Below the pieces are notes generated by a model. That model did not search any database. It was not told the origin of the DNA and saw only the letters and a list, made by a program, of their open reading frames with translations. The position numbers and the translations under genes are program-made. A DNA stretch of 64,000 nucleotides from the human T2T-CHM13v2.0 reference genome, Homo sapiens: the NCBI RefSeq assembly GCF_009914755.1, contig NC_060929.1; one strand, written 5' to 3'. Below are positions 30,920 through 44,679 of this stretch, piece after piece (position 1 is the stretch's first letter; each line of letters begins with the position of its first letter).

Positions 30920-31995
30920 ATCAGAGAATTATATTATATATCTTAAAATTATCACAGTCTACCTTCAAGTGATAGCATATCACTCCATGTATAGTATAAA
31001 AGCCTTTCAGCAGTATGCTTCCTTTCTCCCTTTCTGGCCACTGTACTATTGTTGTTATACATTTAACTTCTATAGATGCCATAAAGTGCACACTACACTG
31101 TTATTATTTTTTATTTAAGCAAGCAATTATGCTTCTAAGAAATTTAGATAAGAAAATGTCTATATTTACCCAAGTAATTACCATTCTCAAGTCTTTTAAT
31201 TCCAAATTGTCTTCTAATATCATTTTACTTCTGCTTTAAGAACTTTCTTTACATTTCTTATAATACAGGTCTGCTGGGGATAGATTATTTCAACTTTCCT
31301 ATATCTGAAAAATCCTTTCTTTTGTCTTAATTTTTGAAATCTATTTTTGCTGGGTTATGAATTTCAGGTTTAAAGTTAGGTTTTTTAAAATTTTTCCTTT
31401 CAATGCATTTTAAATGTTGCTCCATTGTCTTCTTGCTCACGTTGTTTCTAGGGAGAAATCTGCAGTCATACCTATGCTTTTTCCTCTGTACTTATCTTTT
31501 TTATCTGTCTGCTTTAAAATTTTTATCTTTGTCACAAGTTTTAAGAAATCTTATTATGATGTGCCTTGGAGTTATTTTCTTTTTTCTTTCTTTTTATTCT
31601 TGGAGTTTGCTGAGCTTCTTGTATCTGTGAATTTGTAGTGTGCATTAAATTTGGAAAAATTTTGGCCATTATTTACTCAAATATTTTTTCCATATCTCCC
31701 TCACTCATCCAGAGACTCCAATGTGCCATTAATCTCATCCAGCATATTTTTCATCTCAGACATTTTAGAAGTTCTATTTGGGTCTTCTTAATATCTTCCA
31801 TGAGTCTATTCAACATGGTCAATCTTTTCTCTAGCATTCTTCTAGGTCTCACCTTATTTGTTTGTTGTCTCTTGGTAATCACCATCCTTCATTCCCTGCT
31901 GTCAAATGTCATGAAAATCATTGGATCACATTTTTTTCTGGGTTTTCAGATGAGAAAGTAAATCATGTCCCTGTTATTCCGTCTTGGCAGCAAAT
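30920..31995 (-). mobile_element. Old L1M (MD/ME) fragments
   Basis: T-rich; ggtctgctgg, ctccattgtcttcttg, aaatttggaaaaattttggccattattt motifs. Confidence 0.7.
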
Positions 31996-32089
31996 TAAAA
32001 ATAGTCTAGGTTCTTTTAAAAATCTCAATCTTTTAAATGTAAATTTTATCATAAAGAATGACCAACTAAATTCCTAGCACCTCATGACA

Positions 32090-32630
32090 GATATTTATGG
32101 CTACCCACCTAATAACTATTATCCCTCTTTCCTTGCTAACAGAGCCAATTTTGCTTTAATTTGAAGGTTCTAATCCTCAGGGAATGCAATAGCTTGTTCC
32201 ATGCCATGGGAAAAAAAGGAGGCAGTTTTATTATTCTTTGTTGATGATTTGGCCAAGGTGTAGGTATGTGTCCCAGTCTGCTGGGGGATTTCTGGAAAAG
32301 ATTTTCTCCCAGATAAAACTTAGAGCTGAAGATAAAACAAAGCTTTCTCTTTCCCTGTTTCATTCTTTCATTTGAAGATTTTTGTGAGAGGATTTGATGC
32401 TTGGATGTGTCAACCAACTTACATCCATGTGGCAACAATCTAGAGTAATACTGTCAAACACAGAAAGTAAAGAGAGGAGAATCATAGAGAAGCTGACCCC
32501 CACATTAAACCACAGAACTATCCCTGGGCTCACCTACCTTTAAACTTCCTATTAGGTGAGATAATATACATTCTCAATACGTAAGCCACTATTTTTTAGG
32601 CTTGTAGCCAAATACATCCTACTTGATGTA
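32090..32630 (+). mobile_element. LTR16C-like ERVL LTR
   Basis: ttccttgctaacagagcc, gtctgctgggggatttctggaaaag, cttgtagccaaatacatcct. Confidence 0.55.
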
Positions 32631-33439
32631 TTTTACCATGGCTCAGTTTCTCAGATTTATCCAACTGCTTTCTTCCACAATCAGAAAGATGATGTTCTGA
32701 GAATGAAGGCTGCCATCAGAGGAGGTGGAATCTTAATGGCATAAAAACTACTTCACAATTTTTTAAAGGAGTGGCATTGCATAGCCATAATCCTAGGCAG
32801 TCAGAGCCCTGTAGGCTTTGCCTCTTAATGTTAGAGTCATTTAACAGACAATGGCTATGCAGAAGTTGCAATGATAAGGAACTTGATGGTAATGTCCCCA
32901 GGAGAGCTGTATTGATTCTTGAGTAGAATACTAACTTCTAATGACCAAAATCCACAGGAAAAAAAAAGCCCTAGCCAAAGATACTTGAAATAATGTATAT
33001 TAATACAGTTCCATCATAAATAATACATACTATTAATATGGTTTTAAATAATGTATAATGCTAGATTTGCATAATAAATAATACATAAATATGTAATCAG
33101 CCCGTGAAGTCATATGAAATTAGTAACCATGAAGGAAACAACCTAGTAACATGCTATGAGAGGAAAGGAGGCCTTAATCAGTGCTGCTGTGTCATCTTGT
33201 GGCTAAGAGAAACACCAACCTTGTATAAAGAATTTGATCTATATATTTTACTAGTGAAGAATAGTAGCTAGTAACAGACCTCAGTTACAGTTAATAGACT
33301 TCCTTTTGGTCTATAAAGAAAACATTGCTTTTTAGCAATGTTAAAATTAGAAAAAAAATCTCTAATCCATCACTGATTGAAAGGGTATAGAAGAGTTGCT
33401 TCCTAAAACTGATACAACACAAACCATTATCATTGACCC

Positions 33440-33960
33440 TTTCAAATTCTTCCATTTTTTTCAGGAATTCACTTGTGTTATCTTATTTAGTCTGTCTAGT
33501 AACCCTATGTGATGGACAATATTTTTCTCATTTTCCAACTCAGGAAATGATGGATGAGGGAGGTTAAGTAGTAAGTTACTTAACTTACCCAAGGTTACAC
33601 AGCTAGTTGATGACAGAGACAGGTACTCAACTCTTCTGAAACTAAAGCCTATTGTTTTTCCACTATATTACCCTGTCTATCATTTTTAATGTATCTCTTC
33701 TCTGTGGATTAAGATCCTGGATATTTTATAATTCAAATTTAGCAAACCTTTGAAGAATTTCTTCCGTGTGCTTAACATGATGTTAGACATCTCACGTAGG
33801 TGATGTCATTTATCCCCCACAATAAACCTATTGGGTATTTGTATCTTCATGTTACAGATTAGGAAATAGAGGATTAGAAAAATGAAGTGCCAAAGCCTGT
33901 CCAAAGCCTCAGAGTGTGAACCAAAAGTTGAGCCCTGTGTCTCCATACCACACCACACTA
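33440..33960 (-). mobile_element. Two MIR fragments
   Basis: taacttacccaaggttacacagctagt and catgttacagattaggaaatag cores. Confidence 0.6.
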
Positions 33961-35367
33961 TATCTCTGGCAAAAGGCGATGAAATGTGACCCCTTGTTTT
34001 AGCACCAGTTTCCTGAGGAATTCTCCAAAGAGCAGACCCAAAGCCCAGGCTCCTTTAGAGTGTTGACTCCTGCCCAGCAATATTAATTGCTTTCTTCTGG
34101 AATAGGAAAGGTAATGTTCTAGGAGTGGAGGTTGCTGCCAAAAGATTGGCGGGGGGGCATTACCAACTGCAGACTTTCTTCACAGACTTGTAAAGACACT
34201 ATGAGCAGCCTCAGTCAAGCCCACTCAAGGTACGTTAACAAACACTCAAATTCTTGAGTCCCTCATGTTCATGTTCCACTCCTCCACAATATGTAGTTGG
34301 CGAAAAGTCCCTACTCTTCTTTTAATAGCATTCTTGGAAATTGTGCTTTGAGATCAGTTCTTCTGGGAAAGACATAACCTGCTGAAGAAGTACTGAGAAA
34401 GGCTGAAACTGTAAATGTCGAGTCTACACAGGAGAGTAAATATAAACTGCTTGCATCTTTCTGGCTGACTTATAGCTTATCAAGCACACATTAAACCTTT
34501 AAGCCTTTTTTTTCTTAAGTAAGAATAAATCTAAGTTGACTATTCCAGCATATGTATTTGTTTTCCCTACACTGTCTATAAACCATGTCCAAGGTGAGTA
34601 TTTATAAGCCTGAACAAAAACTAGACAAACAATTCTGAGAATAAGTGACAACTATAACAGTTCATGATAACACAGTCACAACAAAGGAAATGCTATGCAT
34701 TAAGTGATTTTTCTTGCAAATCCTTTATACATATGTCAGGTTGTGTGCTGGCAGAGTGAAAGAGAATAAATCAAAGAGAATGCCCATATAAGAAAGGATT
34801 TTTAGGCAAATGATGTCTTGTATGCATAAATCAAATAGTTATTGTAAAAATTCAGAGGAATAGCATAGGTTTCTATGGAGTTTTAAACAATGAGGTTATT
34901 TAGCAACTGCACAACAATTTATTTTATGGAGCAGCTTACAATTATTTGCTCATTAAAGCTTATGCCATTTCAGGTAAGTAGACCCGTACCATTAGTTACT
35001 TTTATGGACAAGATAACTGAAGCAGGGAATTGTTAATAACTTCCCCAAGGTCACATACCAGGTATGGGTTGGGCAAGGACTTAACTTCAGAACTCTTCCC
35101 TTCATAATCCTAAGTTGCAGGTCAGGGTAGTGGTGCAGCTGCCTGTTAGCTCTCTCTTCAGTGAGGGACAGGCCATGGGGACATGCCTAGACATCTGGGG
35201 TTGGGTGATAAAGGCAAAGACTCCTGGCAGTAAATCTAGAAGTGCCAATGATTGGTGTTGCCGTTAGCATTTCAGCTGGACCGTGAACCCCATCGGGATG
35301 CCTATGAGAGGCAAACACACGTCTGTAATACAGCCTAGAGTGAGATGATCATGACAGTAGATCTAAA

Positions 35368-35527
35368 GCTGTAGTTCTCAATTCAGGCTGCAATACCAGG
35401 AGAGACCTTAAAACCCATGCTCCAGGATCAATTAAATCCAATTCTCTGAGATTGGGGCTTGGACCGGGACAATTTCAAAAAGTTACCCAGGTTTTTCTAA
35501 CACGTGGCCAGAGTTGAAAACCATTGG
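35368..35527. mobile_element. MER5-family hAT-Charlie MITE
   Basis: Termini ctgtagttctcaa ... ttgaaaaccattg; ccaattctctgagattgggg. Confidence 0.65.
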
Positions 35528-35774
35528 TGTAAAGATCCTTCCATATTTGCTGGATGTGGTTGGGCAGGTTGTTCATTGCACAAGGACACCTAACTAAAGA
35601 AACCAGAGAGGACTGAAATTCAGCCCATACATAGTGTGTCCTAATTTGGGGGTGGCATTTGTTCTCAAAAAAGTCACTTTTTATCTGATTCCCACAAAGG
35701 AGGCCCTGGATCACTCTCTATTCTTAGGTCTGCATTGCTGCATATACTACAAATTCTATTTTCAGTTTATTATG

Positions 35775-36200
35775 CATTCTTTACAATTATATTGGCATCT
35801 ATTATATGCTGGGCACTGGGCATACACTGGGGGTGCAACTACAAAATGATCACAGCTCTAGTCTTATTGAATCCCCATTGTTGGGCAGGACAAGTGATTA
35901 CACAGGGAGTTACACAACAATGTGGAAAGTGCTCCATTGCGGATGACTACAGGAAGCTGGAGAGGATCTAGAAAGGGTGCTCCACCCAGCCACTTTGGGG
36001 CTAAGGGACCTCATAGTGGAAGTGGTGTAAGAGCTGAGACTGGAGGAGTCACTGGCAAGATAAAAGGAAGAGGTGGTATTTGAAGCTGAGTGACAGCATT
36101 TGAAGAAACTTGGAGTCAAGAGAATGTGGGTTATTGGGGAATGGACAGTGGTTCAGCCTGTCTGCCTGGAGCATGGAGGAAATGAAGGTAGAGGGAAGGG
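35775..36200 (-). mobile_element. L2 3' fragment
   Basis: tattggcatctattatatgctgggcactgg; gaggtggtatttgaagctgag. Confidence 0.55.
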
Positions 36201-38148
36201 GGCTGGGACTAGGGTAGGTTCTGCCCATCTTCCAAGGGCTGGATTGGCCACTTGCAAGCTTAATCTCTGTGCCTTGCTCCTCAGTCCTACAACCCTTGTT
36301 CCATCTTACCATGCTCTCTCACTCCCTCCCTTCTTCTTTTCAGATACGGTTATTAAAGCAGAAAACACCTAAAACACTTGTAGTCAACTTCCTATAATCT
36401 ATAACTCTAAGCACTAGAAAGAAACAAAAAGTTTGGAAGCAAAAAAAGGGACAAACAAGCACAAGATACAGATACAGATGCCACCTCTTCACTTGGTGCC
36501 AAATGGCACATCCTCACAATTGGCACAGATTCCTCCTTGCCCACTGCTCTCCTTCCTGGATATGCCTGATTTCACATTCAAAATTACCATCTCAATCCCT
36601 GGGCCAGTGGGGGTGCAGCAGGGTGGGGAAATGGGGTGGTATAAATGAAACGAGCTTGGTCATGAGCTAATAAAATTATTGAAGCTGGGTGATAAGTACA
36701 CACGAGGATTTATCACACCAGTCCCTCTATTTCTTATTATGATTGAGATTTTCCATTATGAAAAGGAGAAAAACAAAAACAAACTTAAGATCCTCTGCTA
36801 CTTCTTTTCTTCTTCCATTTTGGTTACCATTTCTTCTAGTGACACTCTGGTTCTTTTTGTTTGTTTGTTTGTTTTGTTTGTTAGTTTAAATCTGGTTTGA
36901 TTTGACTCAGGTTCCATTTTTTTTTTACTTTAAAATTGTATGTTTTGGTTTTATTCATAGGACTATTTTAATGAGCCAAAATTCCCAGTCCATTAGAATT
37001 ATGACTTGGCTGATCGACATACACTTCACTCCCTAAAGTTTAGGAGAGTATTGTACAATATGCTCATCCATTTGCCTCCTATTTGGCCCCTCACAATTCT
37101 GATAGATAGCTTTCCTTCCCTTCCTACTGGAGTCATGGCAACTTCCAGCATTCAGAGATTCAGTCAGGCCAGTCCTCCGTTTATGTGTCCCTTGTGAGAT
37201 CAGAAATGTTTCTCCACTTACAGGTGGATAACCTGCAGTGGGAATGAAGAAGATGGACATATTCAGCTTTTAAGCAATTTCAAACCTTGCACCTCCAAGC
37301 CTCTCGGATCCCATTTCCACACATTAGCCTGCAGCAACTATGGAACACCTAAGTTCCGTAGATAAGAACTAACACTTGTAAACTAGAATGGAACTTTATA
37401 CAGCCTCCAAGCCAAGAAGTCATTCACTTTGTTTTATAACATCTGTCCAAAGCCACATCCTAGAGTAACGTAAACATGTTTGCCAAGAACTGTGATCTCT
37501 TCTGGACAACCAAGTTACCTTGTACACACATCTACTATCCACAGGTATCACAGTGGGTTCTACACACTTTACATATGTTCTTCCCCATAGATGGAGCTCC
37601 TTGAGGACAGGGCCAGACAGGATTTTCTCGATCCCCAGTACCTGGTGTTCTATTTGACCATAGGTGATCCATGTGTGTTTGCTAAGTGAATGAATAGCCT
37701 AATTATGCTAAAATTTAAGCCTATTTCCTCTAATTTAGAAGAAAATTATTTGAAAATACTGTATTTGGAAATAAAGAATAAGTATATCTCATATTCAAGT
37801 TCTGCAGGCAAACATGGCTATGTTATACCCATCTTCTGAGGGCCTCTGCTTCCCAAACATGTGAGCTATGGCTTGGCTTCCTGAGGCTGAGTGTGTCTGA
37901 CAGAACACAGTCATTCTGCCCCAACTCCTACTTCCTCCAAATCAGTCACTTTAACCAAATAGAGAGAAAGAAGAAAATCAAACTTCTTGTGCTTTTGTCA
38001 AAATTAAACAACCAGCTTATTGATGAAGCATTTCTATTATTACAACCAGTGTCTATAATTTCATGTGGCTACAACTAAAGTCTTTATGGCTCCTGTGTAT
38101 TCACAAAGGCCAATTAATATCCCTCTGTGCTGTTATTGCCAAGGGACA

Positions 38149-38562
38149 TGATATGGCTTACATCTGTGTCTCTGCCCAAATCTCATGTCAAATTGTAATT
38201 CCCAATGTTGGAGGTGGGGCCTGGTGGGAAGTGATTGGATCATGGGGGCAGTTTCTCATGGTTTAACACCATCCCCCTTGGTATTGTCATGGCAAGAGTG
38301 AGTTATCACAAGATCTGTTCCTTTAAAAGTGTTTAGCACCCCCACCCCCACCACACTCTTGTTCCTGCTTTGGCCATATAAGACGTGCCTGTTTCTCCTT
38401 CACCTCTGCCATGATTGTAAATTTCCTGAGGCTTCCCCAGAAGCAGAAGCCACTGTGCTTCCTGTACAGCCTTTAGAACCGTGAGCCAATTAAACCTCTT
38501 TTCTTTATAAATTACCCCATTTCAGGTATTTCTTTATAGCAGTGCAAGAATGGATTAATATA
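38149..38562 (+). mobile_element. MSTA-type MaLR solo LTR
   Basis: tgatatgg..cccaaatctcatg start; attaaacctcttttctttataaattaccc; ends gattaatata. Confidence 0.9.
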
Positions 38563-40995
38563 GGGCCCAAGAATGGGGTTGATGAGAGTATAAAGGAAGA
38601 ACCTTCTCTGCATCAGGGAAATGGGGAGTGGGTTTCCTCCACCTTCTCTTCATTGGTTTCATCCCCAGAACACAACAGAAATAAATGAAGATTTGCAACC
38701 CATTAGGGAGGCACCCCTACGTTGCACTGCTGTGCACCTAGAGAGAAACACGATGGAGAATCAGCGGGCTCCGCCCTGCCATGCTATTGAAAAGCTACTA
38801 GATCACACAGGCATCCAGCTATACATTTCCTTCTACCAGCATAAAGCATACAAATGTGACAGAACTGAACATGTGCTAAAGCCAAATGTGTGTATTGTGA
38901 TTCTTTTGTAATCTCCTTAGCCAAATCCTAAAATGAGAATTTCATAGTTTTTCCCCTCATTTGAAATCTTACATTTTCTTAATGGGCCTGAAAGGTGGGG
39001 GAGTCTTAGACAGCTGTAGCTGAAGCACCCCTCTTCTCATTTCCTCGCCCCTGCCAGTGTTCAGTGCCCTCTGACCACAGACAGCCCTCTGTCTGTGGAA
39101 GGAGTTGCACAGACACTGGCTTTGCCACTCCCCAGCCACTCAGTGGAGTTCATTTTACAGCTGAGAAACTGAGGCATGGAGAAGTTGGCACCATTTCCCT
39201 CACAGCATTGCTTGAGTATCTGATAGGTTCACCAATAAAAAGGCCATTAGCATAGGCTGCCATGCGCAAGGTGACCAGCAAACGGGAGGCGCCCCCTCCT
39301 CCAGGTTGCCCTCACTGATGTGCTGCTTCTCCAATATTTGGCAGACACATCTCCACTCTTTTCTCTGCCTCTGTCATTGCCCTGGCTGCTCCCCAAGGCC
39401 AGAGCCCATGTCTCCTCTTTGTCTCGTGGCCTTTCTCTCATTAGACACTCAATAAATGCTGTTGACAGACCGGCTGGCTGCCTGGCTAAGATGCCATCTT
39501 TCCACCAAGGGCAAGTGTCCTTCACTGCCTTTATTTATTGCTTGATGTCAAATCAGCATGAATTCATTTTCCTGAAATGTACATCAGGATTAATGAGAGA
39601 GTTAAAGAATTCAAAATTATTGGAGGGTATTGGCACTAATTAGTATCATAGCACTGTAACAGGGCTTGAGTAATGTCTTCCAGGTGTAGAAAGCTTTGGA
39701 GTTAAACACGTCAGTCTAACCCTGATTTTTATCTAAACATCCCCAATTTTTATGACATCATTTGTATGTATATCAGCAAATTTCCAACTGTGTGGTTACC
39801 TCCTATTACTTTAACTTTGAGAGACAAAAATTAAGTATAAGAATCACATTTTATGTTGTTTAACAATTGTTAAGAACGAACACACCAAATCATTCCTGTT
39901 TTTAAAAAAATTGAAGATCCTCTTTCCTTTCAGCACATTGTCAGCAGGCCTTGGGATCAAAATGAAGCCGTCTTGGTCCCAAGCTATGTTCATCAACATT
40001 CTTGCTTATATGATCTGCAAGAAGAGAGGGAAAACATATTTAAGTTCTATAAGGTTCTTGAACAGTTTTTTCCTTAGTAAAACATGAAATAAACACTCTT
40101 CCCCCCAATAACATAGCATATCCAGTTTTATGAGGCTTATGAAATCGTTCTGAATTTTAAAATAGCTCATCCATTTGTCACTTCCCCTTACCTGACATTC
40201 TTTTAAAACCTCCATCACCATTGCTTTCACAAACACTCCCCAAATGCTGTCAGATGGGTTATCACTGCCTTGCACTTTTGTTCTGTTGTTAATTTTGGAG
40301 AAAGTCCTAGAGTGTAGCAATATTATTGAACTCATTTCTGCTTAGGTCTCAAGTTTCCATAGCTCCTCTGTTACCAAGTGGCAGTGCACCCTATAGGCAC
40401 AATAAATAAATAATACAACACTGAAGCTATAACAAATCACAAAATGCATTATTAAAAAATTAAGAAATAAATATCCCCCTCTTACTTAAATAGGGATTGA
40501 TTTTATAATGTGGAATGCTGAGGAGAGCTGCTCTAAGATATATTAAAGCCTGGGGACAGGGAGAATACACTATAATGGGCATTTTGCTCCCTCAGCCAGA
40601 GGAAAAAAATCCTCAGAGTGAATGGATGTATTTGTGAAATGGAAGCTGCTATTCTCTGTTTGTTCACAAGCCGGGTATGATGCACTGCTGGCTTCGTCAT
40701 GTGAGGGTAGAAAGACCTGCAGGACACATCTGTCTTTCCTAAGCACAAACTGTTAGTCTGGATGAGGGTTATGAAGACAAATGCTTTCCTGGAACTGAAG
40801 TTGGAGAAGCACTGTTTCTTTCCTTTAACTTTAAATCACAATTCTGGCTTCCAAAAAGATGTTCTCAAACCAGGATTCTGCCAAGCATCCTCCAAGGTGT
40901 CTTATTTAACAGGAGGATATGGCACAGATCTCTCCACAAGGTGTACCCTTCAAGAGGAAATATTACATAGGATCACTTCTCCAGAAACTTGAAGA

Positions 40996-41235
40996 TTTTC
41001 TTTTCCTTTTTTTCTTTTTCTTTTCTTTTGGCCACTCTGTGGCCCAGCCTGGACAGCAGTGGCACAAACAAGGCTCGCTGCAGCCTCGACTTTCTGGGCC
41101 CAAGCCATCCTCCCACTTCAGCTTCCTGAGTAGCTAGGAGTACAGGCATGTGCCACCACTTCCAGAAAATTTTTATTTTTTGTACACGTGGGGCCTCACT
41201 ATGTTGCCCAGGCTGGTCTGGAACCCCTGGACTCA
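40996..41235 (-). mobile_element. AluJ, diverged and 5'-truncated
   Basis: gctgcagcctcgact, catcctcccacttcagc, ctcactatgttgcccaggctggtct. Confidence 0.85.
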
Positions 41236-41690
41236 TTTCATCAAAGTTTTTGACTGGGGAAGAATCTGCTTCGAAGCCCACACATGTGGTTGTCAGCAGA
41301 ATTCAGTTCCTCAAGGACTATTGGACTTACAGCCTCAATTCCTTGCTGCTGGTTGGCCAGGTTCTGCCCTTAGTTTCTTGCCATATTGGCCTTTCCAGCT
41401 TGCTTCACCAGAAACAGCACACATGAAGAACAAGAGAGAGGCTAGCAGGATGGAGTCACAGTGACATACCATCACTGTTACATATTCTATTTGTTAGAAG
41501 CAAGTCACTTGATCCAGTCCCCATCAAAGGTGAAGGGGTTACACAAGGACATGAATACCAGAAGACAAGGATCTTTGGGAGCCATGTCAGAAACTACCTA
41601 CCAGCGTGAGTAAGAAATAAACCTCTCTTGTATTAAGTCACGGAGATTTCAGAGTTGATTTGCCACAGCAGCTAATACCTTGAGTAACAC
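41236..41690. mobile_element. MLT1 LTR fragments (antisense 41236-~41603; sense 3' end ~41605-41690)
   Basis: gcagaattcagttcctc, tttgttagaagcaagtcac; then aagaaataaacctctcttgtattaagtcac. Confidence 0.65.
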
Positions 41691-41990
41691 AAGAGAGAAG
41701 AGCAGCAGATGGTTCTGGTAAAGTGGAGTCAGGGCAGGCCAGATCCTACAATGCCTTATAAGCTCTGATTAAAACAAAAACAAACAAACAAACAAAAATG
41801 GCATTTATTCCAAGTGCAATGAGAGATCATCAAAAGATTTAAGCATAAGAGAAAGAATTGGGGTTTTGTTTTATGATTATTCTTGCTACTGCTTATAAAT
41901 GCATTGAGAGGAAACAAGAGTAGAAGCAGAGAGGCTTGTCGGGAGGCTATTGTCATCTGATTCAGGATTGGGTAATAAAGAAAATAGGGG

Positions 41991-42457
41991 TTGAGTGGTT
42001 AATTTTATGTGTCAACTTGGCTGGGCCATGGTGCCTAGATATGTTGTAAAACACTGTTGGAGATGTTTCCGTGAGAGATTGTTTGGATGAGATCAGCATT
42101 TAAATCAGTAGATTTTGAGTACAGTAGATTGCCTTCAAAATGTTGGTGGGCCTCATCCAATCAGTTGAAGGCCTGAATAGAACAAAAAGACTGATCTTCC
42201 CCAAGCAAGAGTGAATTACACAGATGGCCTTCAGACTTGAACTGCAACATTGGCCTGTCCCTGGGTCTCCAGCCTGCTGACCAACCCTGCAGATTTTGCA
42301 TTTAGTAGCCTCCATAATTGTATGAGCCAATTTCTTAAAATAAATCTCCCTCTCTCACTCCCTCTCCACACACACACACACACGCACACACACGTGTACA
42401 TGCACATACACATACACTCTATTGGTTCCATTTCTCTGGGGAACCCTGACTAATGCA
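41991..42457 (+). mobile_element. MLT2 (C/D-like) ERVL solo LTR with internal CA-rich tract
   Basis: ggttaattttatgtgtcaacttggctgggcc ... gaaccctgactaatgca. Confidence 0.88.
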
Positions 42458-42509
42458 GCTGGCTTAAGCCCACCCAATACCCAGCAGTAGCAGCAGCTGT
42501 GCCAGCAGA

Positions 42510-42680
42510 TTCTGCTGTTTGTTAAGTACCTATTCTGTGTTCCAGGCACTCTGCTAGATATTTTGTATGCATCATCTCATCCAATCATCTGACAAATATA
42601 GATTTTTACACCCATTTTACCAATGAGGAAATCAAGACTCAGAGAGTTAAGTGAATTACCCAAGGTCACATACCTTGTGG
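42510..42680 (-). mobile_element. MIR
   Basis: cccattttaccaatgaggaaatcaagactcagagagttaagtgaattacccaaggtcaca. Confidence 0.85.
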
Positions 42681-44679
42681 CACAACTGCCTGATCAATTT
42701 GTCAGGAGCCCATTTTTTTCAAATGATGGAATGAGAAAAAAAATAACAAAAAAAAGTTTTGTGCTTGAAATCTGAAATGCCATTTTGCTGATGGTCAAAG
42801 CAAATTCATTAAATCCAGTACAATTTCCTTATGTATTAAAATAACATTTGCAATCTGTGAGGGGCCTTTCTTTTTGCTAACGCATGGCAATTATATTTTT
42901 ACACTGCAACTGCAAATCTGGTTTTTAGTTTCCCCATTTGTTTCCATACGCATACTTTTACAGCCAATTGTTAACGGATTAACAACTTTGGGTGAAATCC
43001 ATCAGTCTGCTCTGGTTTGCCTCTATGGCTGGAAAGTCTGTTGACAAGTACAGAGCACAGAGGAGCTGGCTCTAGCTTGAGCAGGCCAAATAGAGCATTA
43101 GTTCCCTTGATAAATGTTTACTGTGCTTCTGCTATGTTCCAGAAACTGTGCTGTGCATTCTGGACACTGCCTCATAAGCAGCAAGGAGTCTTTCTGAATC
43201 TTCTGGGTTTGTAGAATATAAAAATGACCTCATTAGGAAATCAGCACATCTAAATAGCAAAGTGTTTAGTCTCAGAAATACATTCTATTTTATGTGTCCA
43301 AAATTTCTCCTATCAGTCTACCTAGCTATCTGTCTATCTAGCTATCCATTGAACCATCCATTCATTTCTCTCAACAGTTTCTATGCAATGATCTCTCAAT
43401 GGCAGTATTTTGAAATAATCAACCAAATGGTAACATCTAAAACCCATTCTCTGCAGAACTTTTTTTCTGTAACCTGTAGCTCCCAAGAAAGTCACTCAAG
43501 AGCTGCAGTCATTTGAAAGGTGAGAATTGTTAATCCCCAGGATTTAACCCTCTGCCCGCCCCGCACCGCCCCCACCAACCCACCTCCTGCACATCTGCAC
43601 TCCAGCTTCTGGGGCCAGGAAGTCAGAAAAAAAAATTCACATTTAGTTTTGTCCCAAATGGGAAGGATGGACGGAGAAAGTCAGATGGTATAAATACAGC
43701 AGGCTTTTATTCTTATAGTTTAAATAGATTTAAAAAGCAGAATGTATCAGAAGAAGGAAAACACAAAGACATTACCCAAAATACAAAGTTAAAATCCTCC
43801 TTGAGACCATTAGACCTCCGCTATGGCACGTGCAAGTGACCATCAACATCTAAAAGATAACATAAAATAATTCAGTAACAAAAGCCTAAGAAAGCAAAGA
43901 GCAAATCATGTTTAACTCCAGCTGCAGAAGCCAGGTGAGGTGGGAAGACTCAGAAAGGACTGTGATTGGATTATAGGAAGCTGCCATAGAGGAGAGGACT
44001 TTTGAGTAATCTAGAAGAGAGTAATCTGCAACATTGTTTTTTGTCCATAAAACCTTTCACCCTGTACTATGGCCAGAGTTTTACAGGAGGGTGTATTCAC
44101 AGACAGTGGCATTTTGGAGGGAGAATTTGTCCCAAGTCATCAGAAGAATACATTCGTCATCTGAAGACAACACACGGAGAGCTTCACCTCCAGCACTTCA
44201 GTGTTGCTAAGAATTGTGCAGTCGCCAATAGGAACAGCAAAAGCTAGAAAAGAAATGCAAATGATGCGGTCTGCATAGTTCAAAAGGGAACTATTTATTC
44301 CAAGACTGAATTTTGAGAATTACAGACAGAAAGACTTGAGGTATCCAGGCTAGTACATCCTCTTTAGTACAAGAAAGTGGCCTTTCAGGTGGGGACCAAC
44401 ACGGATTGACATCAGAGGTAGGCAATGCAGATCAGCAGGCAGAAGTGGAGTCAAAGGCAATGGAGAGCCTGGAGATGGCAAAGGCTTGCTTCATCTATAA
44501 TAAGAGTGTTTGAGGGCATGGGAAACAGACAAGGAACAGAGAAAGTCACTCTACATAGATCTTGCAGGGTGAGCAGGATTTCACCAGGCTGATGGAAGAA
44601 AGCAGGAAACATTCTAAGCAAAATGCAAAAGCACAGAAATAAAAAACAGTATGGTTCGTTCACCAGTGAATAGGGATGA

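Noticed and set aside
40371-40386. CTCF-like TTACCAAGTGGCAGTG (also a weak match near 61156)
   Set aside because: Mismatches at strongly conserved core positions.
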